A stretch of DNA of 62,909 bases, the filler included, from Reticulomyxa filosa (taxonomy: Eukaryota > Protista > Foraminifera): the NCBI GenBank assembly GCA_000512085.1. It is 23 parts of 23 records of this genome, joined end to end, with 100 filler letters (N's around TTAATTAATTAA, not from the genome) between each part and the next. Parts side by side here need not be neighbours in the genome. Positions count along the whole stretch, not along the records: positions 22,921 to 27,460 come from ASPP01019055.1; positions 27,561 to 28,740 come from ASPP01025720.1; positions 28,841 to 30,168 come from ASPP01037013.1; positions 30,269 to 33,884 come from ASPP01006666.1; positions 33,985 to 35,233 come from ASPP01048009.1; positions 35,334 to 38,942 come from ASPP01026144.1; 17 more parts are not named here. The stretch is one strand, 5' to 3'. The notes beneath the pieces are model-generated. The model was not told the origin of the DNA and did no database searches. It saw only the letters and a program-made list of their open reading frames with translations. How positions within the stretch are numbered: position 1 is the first letter of the stretch; each line of letters opens with the position of its first letter. Positions 24,193 through 36,140 of this stretch are shown here, piece after piece. Position numbers and translations under genes: made by a program.

Positions 24193-25512
24193 CAGTTACA
24201 AACAAATAAAAACAAACAAAAAACACTAACAAAAATTCTTAATATTTCGTATGCTCACCCCTTGCTTTGATCAAAGCTTTTATCATATCATGCATGGAAT
24301 CCACTAACGTTCTACAAATGCCTTTGTCAATTTCTTCAAATTCTTTCTTAAACACATCCCAAAGCTGCTTCAAAGATGTAACCTCATGGTTTTAGTAGAT
24401 CTTCATCTTTATAATTAGCCAAAGATCATCGATTGGGTTGAGGTCTGTGCTATGCGGAAGATGTTCTAAGAGCGCTATTTGATGATTCTCCAAAAATTCC
24501 ATAGTTGAATGTGACTTGTGACCAGATGCGTTGTCTTGCTGAAAGATAAAGTCCTCCTGATACTTTTCTTCGAGACAATATTGACGAGAGTTCTACATTT
24601 TGTTAGCGAGAATCTCTTTATACAACTCAGAGTTAACAGTTACTGTGATTTTGGCAGCATAACTGACTCATCCTCCACTTTCAAAGTAGGCTTGTAGTAC
24701 GATCGGAAATCATTTAATTATGTCTTCGCCAAATATATTCTTTTAAGTCACTTCCGAAACGATTTATTTTCGTTTCATCGGAAAAAATCACTTTTATTAC
24801 TAACTTTTGGTCCATGATTTGTGTTTTTTGGCGAACTATAAACGTAGCTTTTTATGATGCTTTTTGATAAGTATGCGACCATTTAAACCTGGGATTTTAA
24901 AATGTTCTGCAAAGTGCTAAAGGAGAATGCTCTTTTATGTTCGTGCGAATAATCGCTGCAAATCTAATGATGTTTGTGCATCTTCAGAGTAAATTAATCG
25001 CATTTCTATCAGTCCACGTTTTAGGACATCCAGAGCATCTTTTGCGTGTAATCGTTTCACTGTTGATGATGCTGAGGTATGCTTTTTTTGCTTTGTCATG
25101 ATTTATCCCAAATTACTGGCCAGCCTCACGATACGACATTCAAATACATATTCTTTCAAATAAAATTCGTTGTTGTATTCCAGACAGCTTGTGAGTCATT
25201 ACTAGAAGACAAAGAATAACAATAAAAACAAAAAACTTGTCGGAATGTTGAAAAGAAAAGTTTATATGTAAAATTGTGATATCAACTAAAGTAAGTCCAA
25301 CATGAAAACTACAACTTTACAATCATTTTTGAAAATCTTTTTTTTCCAACAACTTTTCTAAATTTTTGTTTATTGTTTTTACAAACTACTTAAAAAAGTG
25401 TAAAAGTATATCCAGTAAACTATAAAAAATCATCAAAGTTTGATACTAAAATTTTCGTTAGAAACACAAAAAGTTCATATTTAGTATTATCTAATTTTTT
25501 TTGTCGCAACTG
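24193..25512 (-). mobile_element. Decayed full-length Tc1-like (IS630-Tc1-mariner) DNA transposon, 1320 bp
   Basis: Reverse-strand transposase relics LRL*FAKKHKSWT..VIFSDETKINRFGSD, FQQDNASGH-...-DLNPIDDLW and LVDSM..IKARGEHTKY*, with many stops and frameshifts. Ends TA|CAGTTACAAACAAATAAAA and TTTTTTTTGTCGCAACTG|TA form degenerate TIRs with TA flanks. Confidence 0.88.
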
Positions 25513-27100
25513 TACTATCAAACAAAAAAATTATAAAAGCGTAATTGATTATTATATCAAATAATATTGTCAAATCAAATTAGGACAATCGTGTTATTAT
25601 CTAATAGCAAAAAAGTGATAAATGATATTAGTGTTAATATAATCTTATTTTTTTGCAGAACTCGTAGATGACGTGTTTATTTGGAGTGGTTTATTGTATG
25701 TGTATTTTTTATCTTCATTGCCATTTGATTCTTACTTTTCTTTTGTATCTCTATTTGATGTACTTTCCTTGGTGAATATGGACAGACAACTCGAAGCTTC
25801 AAAGACAATTTTTGCTATCGTCTTCGCCATGTCGATTAGCACAAATACGTTTCAAGTCATTTTCTGTATATATTTATTAGTTTGACTATCATCTTCTAAA
25901 TATTCTTTATATGAAATTACTTCAATAAATTGGTTCAAATCTTCAAAATAGTATTCATAATCATTTTGTCCAATTTCAATGTGAAAATTTGGATCACTTG
26001 AGTCTTTGGACAACATGTTATTTCATTGTCTTCTTTTGCTATTTCATAATTTTTTTTTATTGTTTATTAATAATGTATTGTTCTATTTATTTGTTTTTTT
26101 AAAGGAAGATAGAAATCACAAATGCTATTGTGTCGTAAATATACAATGCAAGCGACAGTCAACTGAAAAATATGTTGAATGTATTAAACTCTTTTAAAGG
26201 CAATGCGCCTGTAAACGTTTCTGCAAACAAAAGGCTTCATTGGTGTTGCAGTGCAAATACATAAACAGCAAACGATTTTTTTTTTGACGAAAACATATCA
26301 ATGATTTTTTTATAAGAGAAAAAAACTTGGTTTCGGATTTTATATGAGTTTGTACAATTTCTCGAAACTATTACTTTTTTTGAATTTTTAAAAATAAAAA
26401 TGAACCCGATTGATGTATTTAACAAGATATATTTCCAACTATGCTCATTCTTTAATGTAACTCTTTTTTGTAGGTGCAATTACACAAATTATGTCATACA
26501 CAATTGCAAATTTAATTTTAATCATTCCCTTTTAATTCAGTTCTTTTAGACTGAAGAGATTCTGACGTATAATAAATATCGAGTATATGTTCCACGTTTC
26601 CGTTAGGTTCGGTCTGTTGATCAGTGCTACAATTTCAAAGAAAATTTTTTTTCTCGTTGTCTCAACAAAATTGGTTGTGTGAATAATTCCTATATCTTTT
26701 CCATTTGACAATTAAAAAAATTGCCCCTGATAGTACATGAAATGCGGAATTCTTTGTTAAGCCTAATCAACTTACTCAATATGTGTATCATTTAGAAGAC
26801 ATAGTGTTATTCATGCCACACAATCAAAAATACAAATAAAGTTACTGTTTAATTCAAAGCATATCAGTGTGCAATGAAAACTTATTGACTTTGCTCCAAT
26901 GTTACACTTGGGAACAGTGGCATATTTCAATAGAAGATGAAGTTGAAAATATATTGGCAACGGATATTTTTTTCAATTGATTGGCAGAACCAGTATTTTG
27001 TTTTTTGTTATAGTGAGCAAATTTGAATTAATAGAGTCAAAAAAAGTAGTTATGTATAATATTCCCAATTAAAATACTTTGTGAAAGTATATTTATTTAT

Positions 27101-27440
27101 TTATTTTGTCTTTTTCGGTTGGATGGATTTATGAAGGTCTTTGAGGGCCAATGTACCACCAAAGACGGTAGAGCTTAATGAGCCATAGAAATGGCTAGCA
27201 ATCCCCATGCATCCCAATCCAAAGGCGGTAATTGCACGGACTCCAATCTTAGTTATTTTTATGTATTGGTTATGCGCATAGTGTTTGGGTGTCATAGGTA
27301 ACGTGCTGTGATAGCGTTCATATTTATAAATTGCATGCGACACCGCTATCCCTGCACCCAACCATATCAGCGGACGAACACGTGGATGAATCGTGTGTAA
27401 TTTATCTTTATATTGTAACCCTTGCAATTGGACCTCTTTC
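27101..27440 (-). CDS. Hypothetical small membrane protein, last exon (5' partial)
   Basis: GC-richer open frame with two hydrophobic Gly-rich segments (PLIWLGAGIAVS, AITAFGLGCMGIAS) and a basic C-terminus. Confidence 0.5.
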
Positions 27441-27560
27441 CCCTTTTTTTTTTTTTTTTTNNNNNNNNNNNNNNNNNNNNNNNNNNNNNNNNNNNNNNNN
27501 NNNNTTAATTAATTAANNNNNNNNNNNNNNNNNNNNNNNNNNNNNNNNNNNNNNNNNNNN

Positions 27561-28083
27561 TATTTTAAACATGTATAATTACATCCAAATTGCTCAAATA
27601 AGCATTTGACTACTTGTAAACAACAAGAATTTTCCAAATGATCATCCATCTGCTTAATCTTTCCTTTAAAATTACAACTCACAAATCCAGGAGTTTCTCC
27701 TTCTTCATTCCTTTCTGGATTGTCATTTGCATGTTTTGTCCTCGTTCAAATTGTCGAGGACAAATCACTTTTAATTCTCCAATGTATCTCTTTGCCAATC
27801 GATTTTGTAAATACAAACAGTTATTATGTGATTCAATTGGACAAGAATTTGGGTTCTTATTAATAAATTGTTTTAAGCAATTCTCTCCAACAATTAATAT
27901 TTCATTCATGTTTTTGTGTTGAGGACAACTGATTTCCATTGGATTATTGGCGATTTGTTTACAAATTAAACAAATAAAATCGTTTATATTTTCTTGCTTG
28001 TTTAGTTGTAAAATCCAATTCTTGTCAAAGCAAGCCTTTTGTTGAGGAACTAAATTCAGAGATTTGCTTTTTTCCTCTTCCAT
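27561..28083 (-). CDS. RING-like + TRAF-type zinc-finger protein (expanded family); one frameshift, 3' partial
   Basis: FICLICKQIANNP...CPQH...VGENCL...SCP..H...LKVICP. After a 1-nt shift near 27710 it continues [32 protein letters not shown]. Paralogous to 38052. Confidence 0.8.
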
Positions 28084-28840
28084 CTTACTCAGTTTTTTTT
28101 TTATTTCTTTATATATATATATCAATTGATTCAATAGTTGTTTTTTTTAAGTTTATTGAACTAGAGAATTTTTTGTGGTGAACGAATCTAAAATTTTTTT
28201 TTTTTTTTAAAAAAAAATTTGTATCACATTAATTAAAATTATGAGAAGTAGATAAAACATTTGTTGTTAAAGTTAGATTTTAATTGTAATAAACACATTT
28301 ACTCTTATTTAAATAATCTTGTTTTATTGTTTAACTGTTTCCAAAATAATGTAACAAATGGGGAGTTCACAAGAATTAGTTTATTAATTGCTTTGTCATT
28401 ACAAAGTGTTAAATAATAATAATGTAGTTTTTCTCAAAATATCTTACTTAATTTTATCTTCAATCATAGTACATTAAATAAATTAACTTAAAATAATTTA
28501 AATTATTGATATTTGTGCTGTTTTTGCAATCACTGAATCTCCTTTCCATTTATTCAAAGTAAATCTTTTTTTAATAAAAAGTAAAATTATGCAACAACAA
28601 AATGAATCAATGTTAAAGTCAATGAATAATACAGATGAACAACCAAAATTAAGATCATCTGGAATTTTATATATTGCTTTTGTATTTGAAAATAATTTTA
28701 AAGTCCAAATCCAATAATAAATGACATATTTTATTTCATTNNNNNNNNNNNNNNNNNNNNNNNNNNNNNNNNNNNNNNNNNNNNTTAATTAATTAANNNN
28801 NNNNNNNNNNNNNNNNNNNNNNNNNNNNNNNNNNNNNNNN

Positions 28841-30168
28841 AATTGGTTGATATAAACAATGAACCAAATAATAAGCAGAAAACCATTCTTGAAATGTTAA
28901 ATGAGGAAAATACACTGAGTTAATTGGATGTGATGGATTCATTGATTCTTGTCCTTGTAAAAATCCAAATGAATGAATTCGAGACCATTGAGATGGAATT
29001 GCAATACATTTACGTGGATATTTCTTTTTAATCCAATGTAATGACTTTTCTTGAATTTCACAAGAAACTATTATTTGTCCAAGTTTCGTTCCTTCCCATG
29101 CAAGATGTGACAAATAATCAATCTCCATTTCAAAAATATTGAACATATTTTGTAGATTTATTTTTTCTTTCATTTCATTCGATTTTGTCCAATTCCATCT
29201 CATATAACATTCCAATAATTTCTTATATAATTTCGAAATAGACACATTATTTAATCCATTAAATATTTTATCTTCGATTTCATTTCCTTTTTTCTCTTCT
29301 TTCATTTCATTTATTTCATTCAATTCATGAATTTCTTGTCTTGCAAGATAACAAAATAAACGTAAATACAATGGAGTATGACTCAATAATTTCAAATTTT
29401 GATTATTATTTAATATTTCTATCAATGAATCCGCTTGATGATTATTGTTATTATTTGTAATGTTTCGAAAATATCCATGAACATAATCTTGAATATCTTC
29501 TTTTTGAAATCCAATAACATTGAGTCGTCTTAATTTTTTATTCAAATATGAACACGTTGCGTTAGGACGACTTGTCATAATTATGGAATAATTTGTATTT
29601 AAAGCACAATCTTCCAACCACTTTTGCAAACCTGGTTTTGTGTTCAATTCATTTGCAATCTCATCAAGTCCATCCAATACTAATAACAATTCATTCTTTT
29701 CATCCATTACACATTTTGTGTCATCTGCATTCCATTGTGGAATATTCAATTCTTTCATTATCTTTAACCATTGCTTTTCAATGTCGTCATCATTTTTATC
29801 CGTGGTTTTATCAACAATCTTTCTCAAAGGAATGTGTAATAGGAATTGAAATTTATCATTCCACATTTGTTTATTTGCCCATAGATATGCAATTCTTTGC
29901 GACAATACACTTTTCCCAGTTCCTGCTTCTCCATGAATACTAACGTGACGCAATTTTAATCCATTTTCTTCGTTCGTTCTTTTCCAAATATCTTCTAATT
30001 CTATTGATTCTTTCTTATCGTCATAGAGTAACGAATAATCCATTGTGTTTGACCATTTTTCATCTTCTTCACGTATTTTATGATCAGAATCTTCTTTTTC
30101 TTCTTGTTTGTTTGATATTTTATCTTTTCTTTCTTGAAACTGTTGTTGGGTTAAAAGGACCAATCGAA
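28841..30168 (-). CDS. NACHT-family STAND NTPase, internal fragment
   Basis: Walker A GEAGTGKS, Walker B LLVLDGLDE, IIMTSRP, IGF, TPLYLRLFC and winged-helix YFPHLTFQEWFSAYYL. Open across the whole contig. Confidence 0.93.
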
Positions 30169-30278
30169 NNNNNNNNNNNNNNNNNNNNNNNNNNNNNNNN
30201 NNNNNNNNNNNNTTAATTAATTAANNNNNNNNNNNNNNNNNNNNNNNNNNNNNNNNNNNNNNNNNNNNCTCTCTCTCT

Positions 30279-31119
30279 TCAATTGTATGAACAGCCTACA
30301 TAACGCAAAAAACTGATTGGAGTAAGTTTTGCTGTTGGCATTCGCGTTGGGGCAACGACGGGATGCCAAGTTTGCTTGCCAGTGGGCGGCACGGTAGGGT
30401 ACCTCGTGGGCTTTGGGACAGTGGAGGTTTGGATTGTGCCTTGCGTCGGAACTTGCGATGGAATAGTCTTTGTGGGAAATGATGTAATTTGCGGTATTGG
30501 CGATCGTGTTGGAGTTGCCTGAGTGCTAGTAACTTGCATCGGTGGTTTCGTATTGATCGCTTGCGTTGGGGATATCGTACCTGTCGCCACTGTCGCCACT
30601 GTCGGAGAGAACATCGGAGTGTCTACTTTTGTTGGAGTGCCCGCGTCTAGAATTGTACGTGAACTCGATTGTGAACGGAGTGCTGCTACTTCTTCACTGC
30701 CACTGGCTACTGCTACATACATTATACGTTATAAATATATACATATACATATATGTATACGTATATGTGTATATGTATATATGTATATATATGTATGTGC
30801 ATATATATGTATGTTCTTCTTGCATGATACATACATCTTTTTTTTTTTGAGCCAAAATTGTAAACAAAAACAAAGCAAAACTTGTTGAGAACGACAACAA
30901 CATTAAAAATAAAATGTCTCGAATTCGAATGGAAACAGGCTGTCGCATGCTGCTGTTCCATTGCGCTGTGGATACACTTGCCAACTTCTTTGGTTGAATT
31001 GTCCAATAACATGCCACTGCTCCAATTGCTAGCAGACCTACGTACCATACGTCTGACAGGCTGTACTTCCAGATCTCTTTCTTATGTGTGAGGGATGCGC
31101 TTTCTTCTGCTCTCTTCAC
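30279..31119 (-). CDS. Type II-like membrane protein: N-terminal TM segments plus Thr/Pro-rich stalk; partial
   Basis: Exon with TM helices (WYVGLLAIGAVACYW), a TA-rich intron at about 30730-30890, then a PT-rich mucin-like exon. Confidence 0.55.
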
Positions 31120-32277
31120 GCGTTATTTGTTTATGAATGAGGTCACATCAATTGTAGTGGTAGCATGATGTACGCATATGTATACACCATATTTTTTTTT
31201 ATTTCATTGTCATTATTATTATTGTCATTTACATCCAAAAAAAAAAAAAAATCATCTTTCATGCATATAAATATGTATATGTTTTATACACATAATCTTT
31301 CAGTGTTTGTCTCTCACCGAAAGGAGTGTATGTATTTCTGTTGTTTGTATGCAATCGGTGACGTCGGAACAAAGCGCATCTGTCGTTTGTTTATTTATTA
31401 TATGACGTGTATTGTTCTGCAGGCTTGTGTCCGTTACCTGCGTATAAGGTATTACATTCCTTACCAGTGTCGTACTTACCATGGTCGTTCATCAAAGTAT
31501 TCGTCAGTTGGTCACTTGTTTATGTCGTCAAAGGGGGAAAGAGAGCAGGTAACAAAAAAAAATAGTGACATACACCAAAAACATCAGATGAGTCAAGACG
31601 TCCCAAGTTAGCGAGAGACAAGGAAAAAATGAGAGAACAAATATTGCAACGTGCAAGTGAGGATACTTACTAGTAGTCATTTGCGTTGTTCTGGTAGTGT
31701 CCGATCTATTCATTCGTTTATGAGTCTTCTTACAGTGCTTCAAAACAAAAATTATGAAAATAATTGGCTCACCTTCAAGAACACAGTCGATAATAAAATA
31801 CACAAATAGCCAAACACCATGACTTTATTGCAAAAAAAGTACTGCGAATATGTATTGCCAAGTTCTGCTTGCACGTTGGTGCGGTTTCCGGTGTTCACCT
31901 CCTTTGCCACCAAAGCATCTAAAAAAAATAGTGTAATGTAAACACGTTTGACTTTTCCATAAAACAATCATTTAATTTATTGTTCAAGGGTAAGAAATAT
32001 TCTTTTTCTCCTGTCATTCGCATATCTACGTTTAGTCATTTTTTTACCTAAAAGTGGAGAGAAAAAAAAAGGACATTTGTTTGCATGTGTGTTTTTCAAC
32101 AATTTGTAGTTATGAAATATCAAATATTTGATGCAAAATGCGCGTGGTAAGAAAGAACATAAAAATGGATGATAAAAAGCAAACAAAACAGAGAAAATAA
32201 GAATAGCCAAACAAACTTTTACACTTGTGTGCATTGATACAACACGAGACAAAATCATTAAAAAAGAAAAAGCAAGT

Positions 32278-33884
32278 TCAGCTCAAAGAGGTCGCTCGAT
32301 GATATTGAAAGCGTGCAAAAGAGTCTCCCATTAAGGTCAAAACCTCGTTTTCAACTTGATAGAGATCCAATAGCAATTCAAACCAAAATTGATCGACGAG
32401 CACAGGCGAGGGTTGTTCGTCGGGTTTGTTTTCCACATCTTTTTCTGTGATACTGCCTTGGTCACGAAGACTCAGCGCAGCAGACAAAATGCTCCCTCGT
32501 AGTTCCCCGATACAAGCAATGTGATATTCTTTGCATTTTATGTAGTGATCTCTCATTGTCGCACGCAGTTTCCCGGGTATATTTACCATCAACGGCGCAT
32601 TTTTGCTATCCAAATACTTTTCATACAGCTTCAGAAACACTGGGACGATCCAATGCCAACTTGGATGGCTGGGCTTTGAATGGCTGTCCGATTCGTGGCG
32701 ATTTTGTTCTGTGCTATGTTTATTTTCACTGGTGTGTTATTTTATATACTTATTTGTTTGTACGTATACATAAGTAATGAACTTCCCCTTTCGACTATAC
32801 ATGCAGAGCAAATATGTTAGGTACATTGTACATGTAATTCAAAGCAAAATATAAGACAGTCACAATGACGTGTTTCGATTGCAATTTAGCAACGATAAAT
32901 ACAACATGCAAAGCGTACCTTTCTTTTTCTTTTGGATGTTGTAGCTGTTCCGCTATATCTGCGATTGAAATAGCCTGCTGTATAGACGTTACGTTCCCAG
33001 GTTTCGGAGAGCTTTGCGAGAGCTGAGATTGCATTGGACCCTGGTCAGTATTTTCATTATTATTGTCATTATTGTCGTTATCGTTGTTGTTATTGGTATT
33101 GATATTGTTATCATTATTGTTATTATTGTTATTATTGTTATTGTTATTGTTATTGTTATTATCATTGTTATTGTTATTGTCATTGTCATTGTTATTATCA
33201 TTGTTATTGTTATTGTTATTCTCATTGTCATTGTCATTGTCATTGTCATTGTCATTGTCATTGTCATTGTTGTTGTTATCATTATTGTTACCATTGTTAT
33301 CACTGTTGTTATTATTATTGTTATTGTTACTATCACGCTTGACTTGAGATGCTTCTCTACTTTTATTGGTATCATAGATGCGCTCCAAATCGTTTTTGCG
33401 AGGAATCAAACTTCCCAACAACGATTTTCGACCACCGTCTTGTGTAACAGCAGGTCCTTCGGTTGCAAACACGGAGATTCGAGCTGATTTGCGCCTTGCT
33501 TCGTTGCGTTGTCTTTCCAAAATGAGCAATCGATGGGCCAGCTCGACCTCTTCGGAAAGGGGAATGTCCAATTCGCTGGGCAATCGAATATTGGAGTACC
33601 TGAACTTTGCAATGGATGATACCCTCTGTTGTGTCTCGCCAATTCCCGTTAAATAATTGAACTCGTTCAGTAAATCTCGAAGTTGTTTTAATTCCGTCAC
33701 GATCAGTAGATTCTCTGTTTATTTCGCCACAATTTTTTTTTTTTTTTAAAAGGGCAAGAGTATGTTATATGTATATGATTGGACAGAGAGGAAGAAAAAA
33801 GAAGATGTTGGCAAGACTTAACCCACACTAAATTCTCTGGTCAAATGATTCATCAAAGCTGTGTAATTGTGTTAAAAAAAAAAA
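32278..33884 (-). CDS. RGS (regulator of G-protein signalling) domain protein, C-terminal part, multi-exon
   Basis: ALMNHLTREFSV|ENLLIVTELKQ (RGS EFSxENL motif spliced across a phase-1 intron), and later LYEKYLDSKNAPLMVNI...EVLTLMGDSFARF. Confidence 0.85.
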
Positions 33885-33984
33885 NNNNNNNNNNNNNNNN
33901 NNNNNNNNNNNNNNNNNNNNNNNNNNNNTTAATTAATTAANNNNNNNNNNNNNNNNNNNNNNNNNNNNNNNNNNNNNNNNNNNN

Positions 33985-35233
33985 AGAAATGGGAATTATT
34001 CAATTTATTGCAGATAGAATTTATGATATTAATCCAATATTTCTAAATTTAAAATCAAGATTATTTCGATTAATTGAATCCTCGAAAAATAATTCAAACA
34101 TATCTATTGCAGCAGCAAATGCAATAACAATACTCAATATAGCAAGAGTTAGTTTGAGTCATCAAAATTGGGATAACATAAATATATCACATGCAATTCT
34201 AGATTATGCTTTTCTTGAAGGAACAACTTTTAAACAAGCCATTTTAGATAGCGTGAGCTTTTATAAAGCTTGTCTCAGAAATACCAATTTCACAAAAGCA
34301 TCAGTGAATCAAGTTAACTTCGGTGAATATGGGTATATCAATAGTAATTCAATTATTGTTCTCTCTGTTCAATTTTCACCTGATGGAAACAAAATTGTAT
34401 CTGGTTCACTCGACAAAACCATTAAATTATGGGATGCATCATCAGGAAAGTTAATTCAATCTTTGGAAGGTCATTCAGGTTCTGTTCACTCTGTTGACTT
34501 TTCACCTGATGGAAACAGAATTGCATCTGGTTCAGATGATAAAACCATTCGATTATGGGATGCATCATCAGGAAAATTAATTCAATCTTTGGAAGGTCAT
34601 TCAGACACTGTTTGGTCTGTTCAATTTTCGTCCGATGGAAACAGAATTGCATCTGGCTCAGATGATAAAACCATTCGATTATGGGATGCATTATCAGGAA
34701 AATTAATTCAATCTTTGGAAGGCCATTCGAATACTGTTAAATCTGTTCAATTTTCACCTGATGGAAACAGAATTGTATCTGGTTCAAATGATAACACCAT
34801 TAAATTGTGGGACGCATCATCAGGAAAACTGATCCAATCTTTGGAAGGTAATTCAGATACTGTTTGGTCTGTTCAATTTTCACCTGATGGAAACAGAATT
34901 GTATCTGGTTCAGATGATAATATCATTCGATTATGGGATGTATCATCAGGAAAACTGATCCAATCTTTGGAAGGCCATTCAAATCGTGTTACTTCTGTTC
35001 AATTTTCATCTGATGGAAACAAAATTGTATCTGGTTCGTTCGATAACACCATTAAACTGTGGGATGCATCATCAGGAAAACTGATTCAATCTTTGGAAGG
35101 TCATTCAGATTATGTTCTTTCTGTTCAATTTTCACCTGACGGAAGCAGAATTGTATCTGGTTCACAGGATAGCACCATTCGATTATGGGATGCATCGCCA
35201 AGAAAACTAATTCAATCCTTAGAAGGTCATTCA
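33985..35233 (+). CDS. Pentapeptide-repeat + near-identical WD40 array protein (C-terminal region typical of NACHT-WD40 proteins); partial at both ends
   Basis: IAAANAITILN followed by pentapeptide repeats (AILDY AFLEG TTFKQ AILDS VSFYK ACLRN TNFTK), then 7 WD40 units of 42 aa/126 nt. Confidence 0.92.
34340..35233 (+). repeat. 126-bp coding tandem repeat, 7 units, highly similar at DNA level
   Basis: TCTGTTCAATTTTCACCTGATGGAAAC...GGGATGCATCATCAGGAAAA..ATTCAATCTTTGGAAGG recurs with a 126-nt period. Confidence 0.95.
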
Positions 35234-35333
35234 NNNNNNNNNNNNNNNNNNNNNNNNNNNNNNNNNNNNNNNNNNNNTTAATTAATTAANNNNNNNNNNN
35301 NNNNNNNNNNNNNNNNNNNNNNNNNNNNNNNNN

Positions 35334-36140
35334 TATGTATATGTATATGTATACGTATATAAATCTAATATAAACAGCGTAACAAATATTTCAGTGAATC
35401 CACCTCTTCCGCAGATGACATTAGTATCATTATACAAACAATAAGGCAAGACAACAAAAAAGAATTGCAAATCAAGTAAGAGCGAGCCTATGAAGATGAG
35501 TGCATGTACGAACACCATGTACCATTGCCAAGTGATGGCCGGCGCTCCAGGATAAGAATATGTCCCTAATGCCATATGTATGTAGTCGATATTTTCAAAA
35601 TTGTTATTATTTGTAGTCGTAATTATTGTCATAGAAGAAGGAGATGATAACGACGGTGATGGTGATGGTGATGATGATGATGATGATGATGATGATGACG
35701 ATGAAGTTTCGAGACGCAATTGTGTGAGCAATCCAAATACAAAGAGTATAATTTGTAGTGTGGTAAATAGTGCAGCGATAATCCGACCCAATATATTGCC
35801 TTTAGCCATATGGTTTCGGACTTGTAAAAAAATCATGGTGTGACGGACAGTGTTCTCCCAATCACTGATCCAAAATAGCATTTCAAACACTGCGAACAAT
35901 ACATAAAATACTATACAATTACGTGCGAGTATGCTTACATAAATCATTATCAACCCACTCACATACGCCAATACCAATAAATACCATGTCGGCGTTGGCC
36001 AGTAACGCTCGTCCGACGGTCCCTGTAATCGACACACTTTATCCTTTTCGTAACGCTCACGCGTGTCTTTGTACAATAAATATAACAGAAATATGTTCGA
36101 TTCTATCAACATCACTATACCCAAATCACCATCTGGATGC
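35334..36140 (-). CDS. Hypothetical multi-pass membrane protein, partial
   Basis: 280-aa ORF with at least 5 hydrophobic segments and a poly-Ser loop, flanked by intron-like sequence. Confidence 0.65.

Noticed and set aside
28841-35233. NACHT and WD40 fragments as one gene or a cluster
   Set aside because: They lie on different contigs and strands, separated by spacers, so linkage cannot be inferred.
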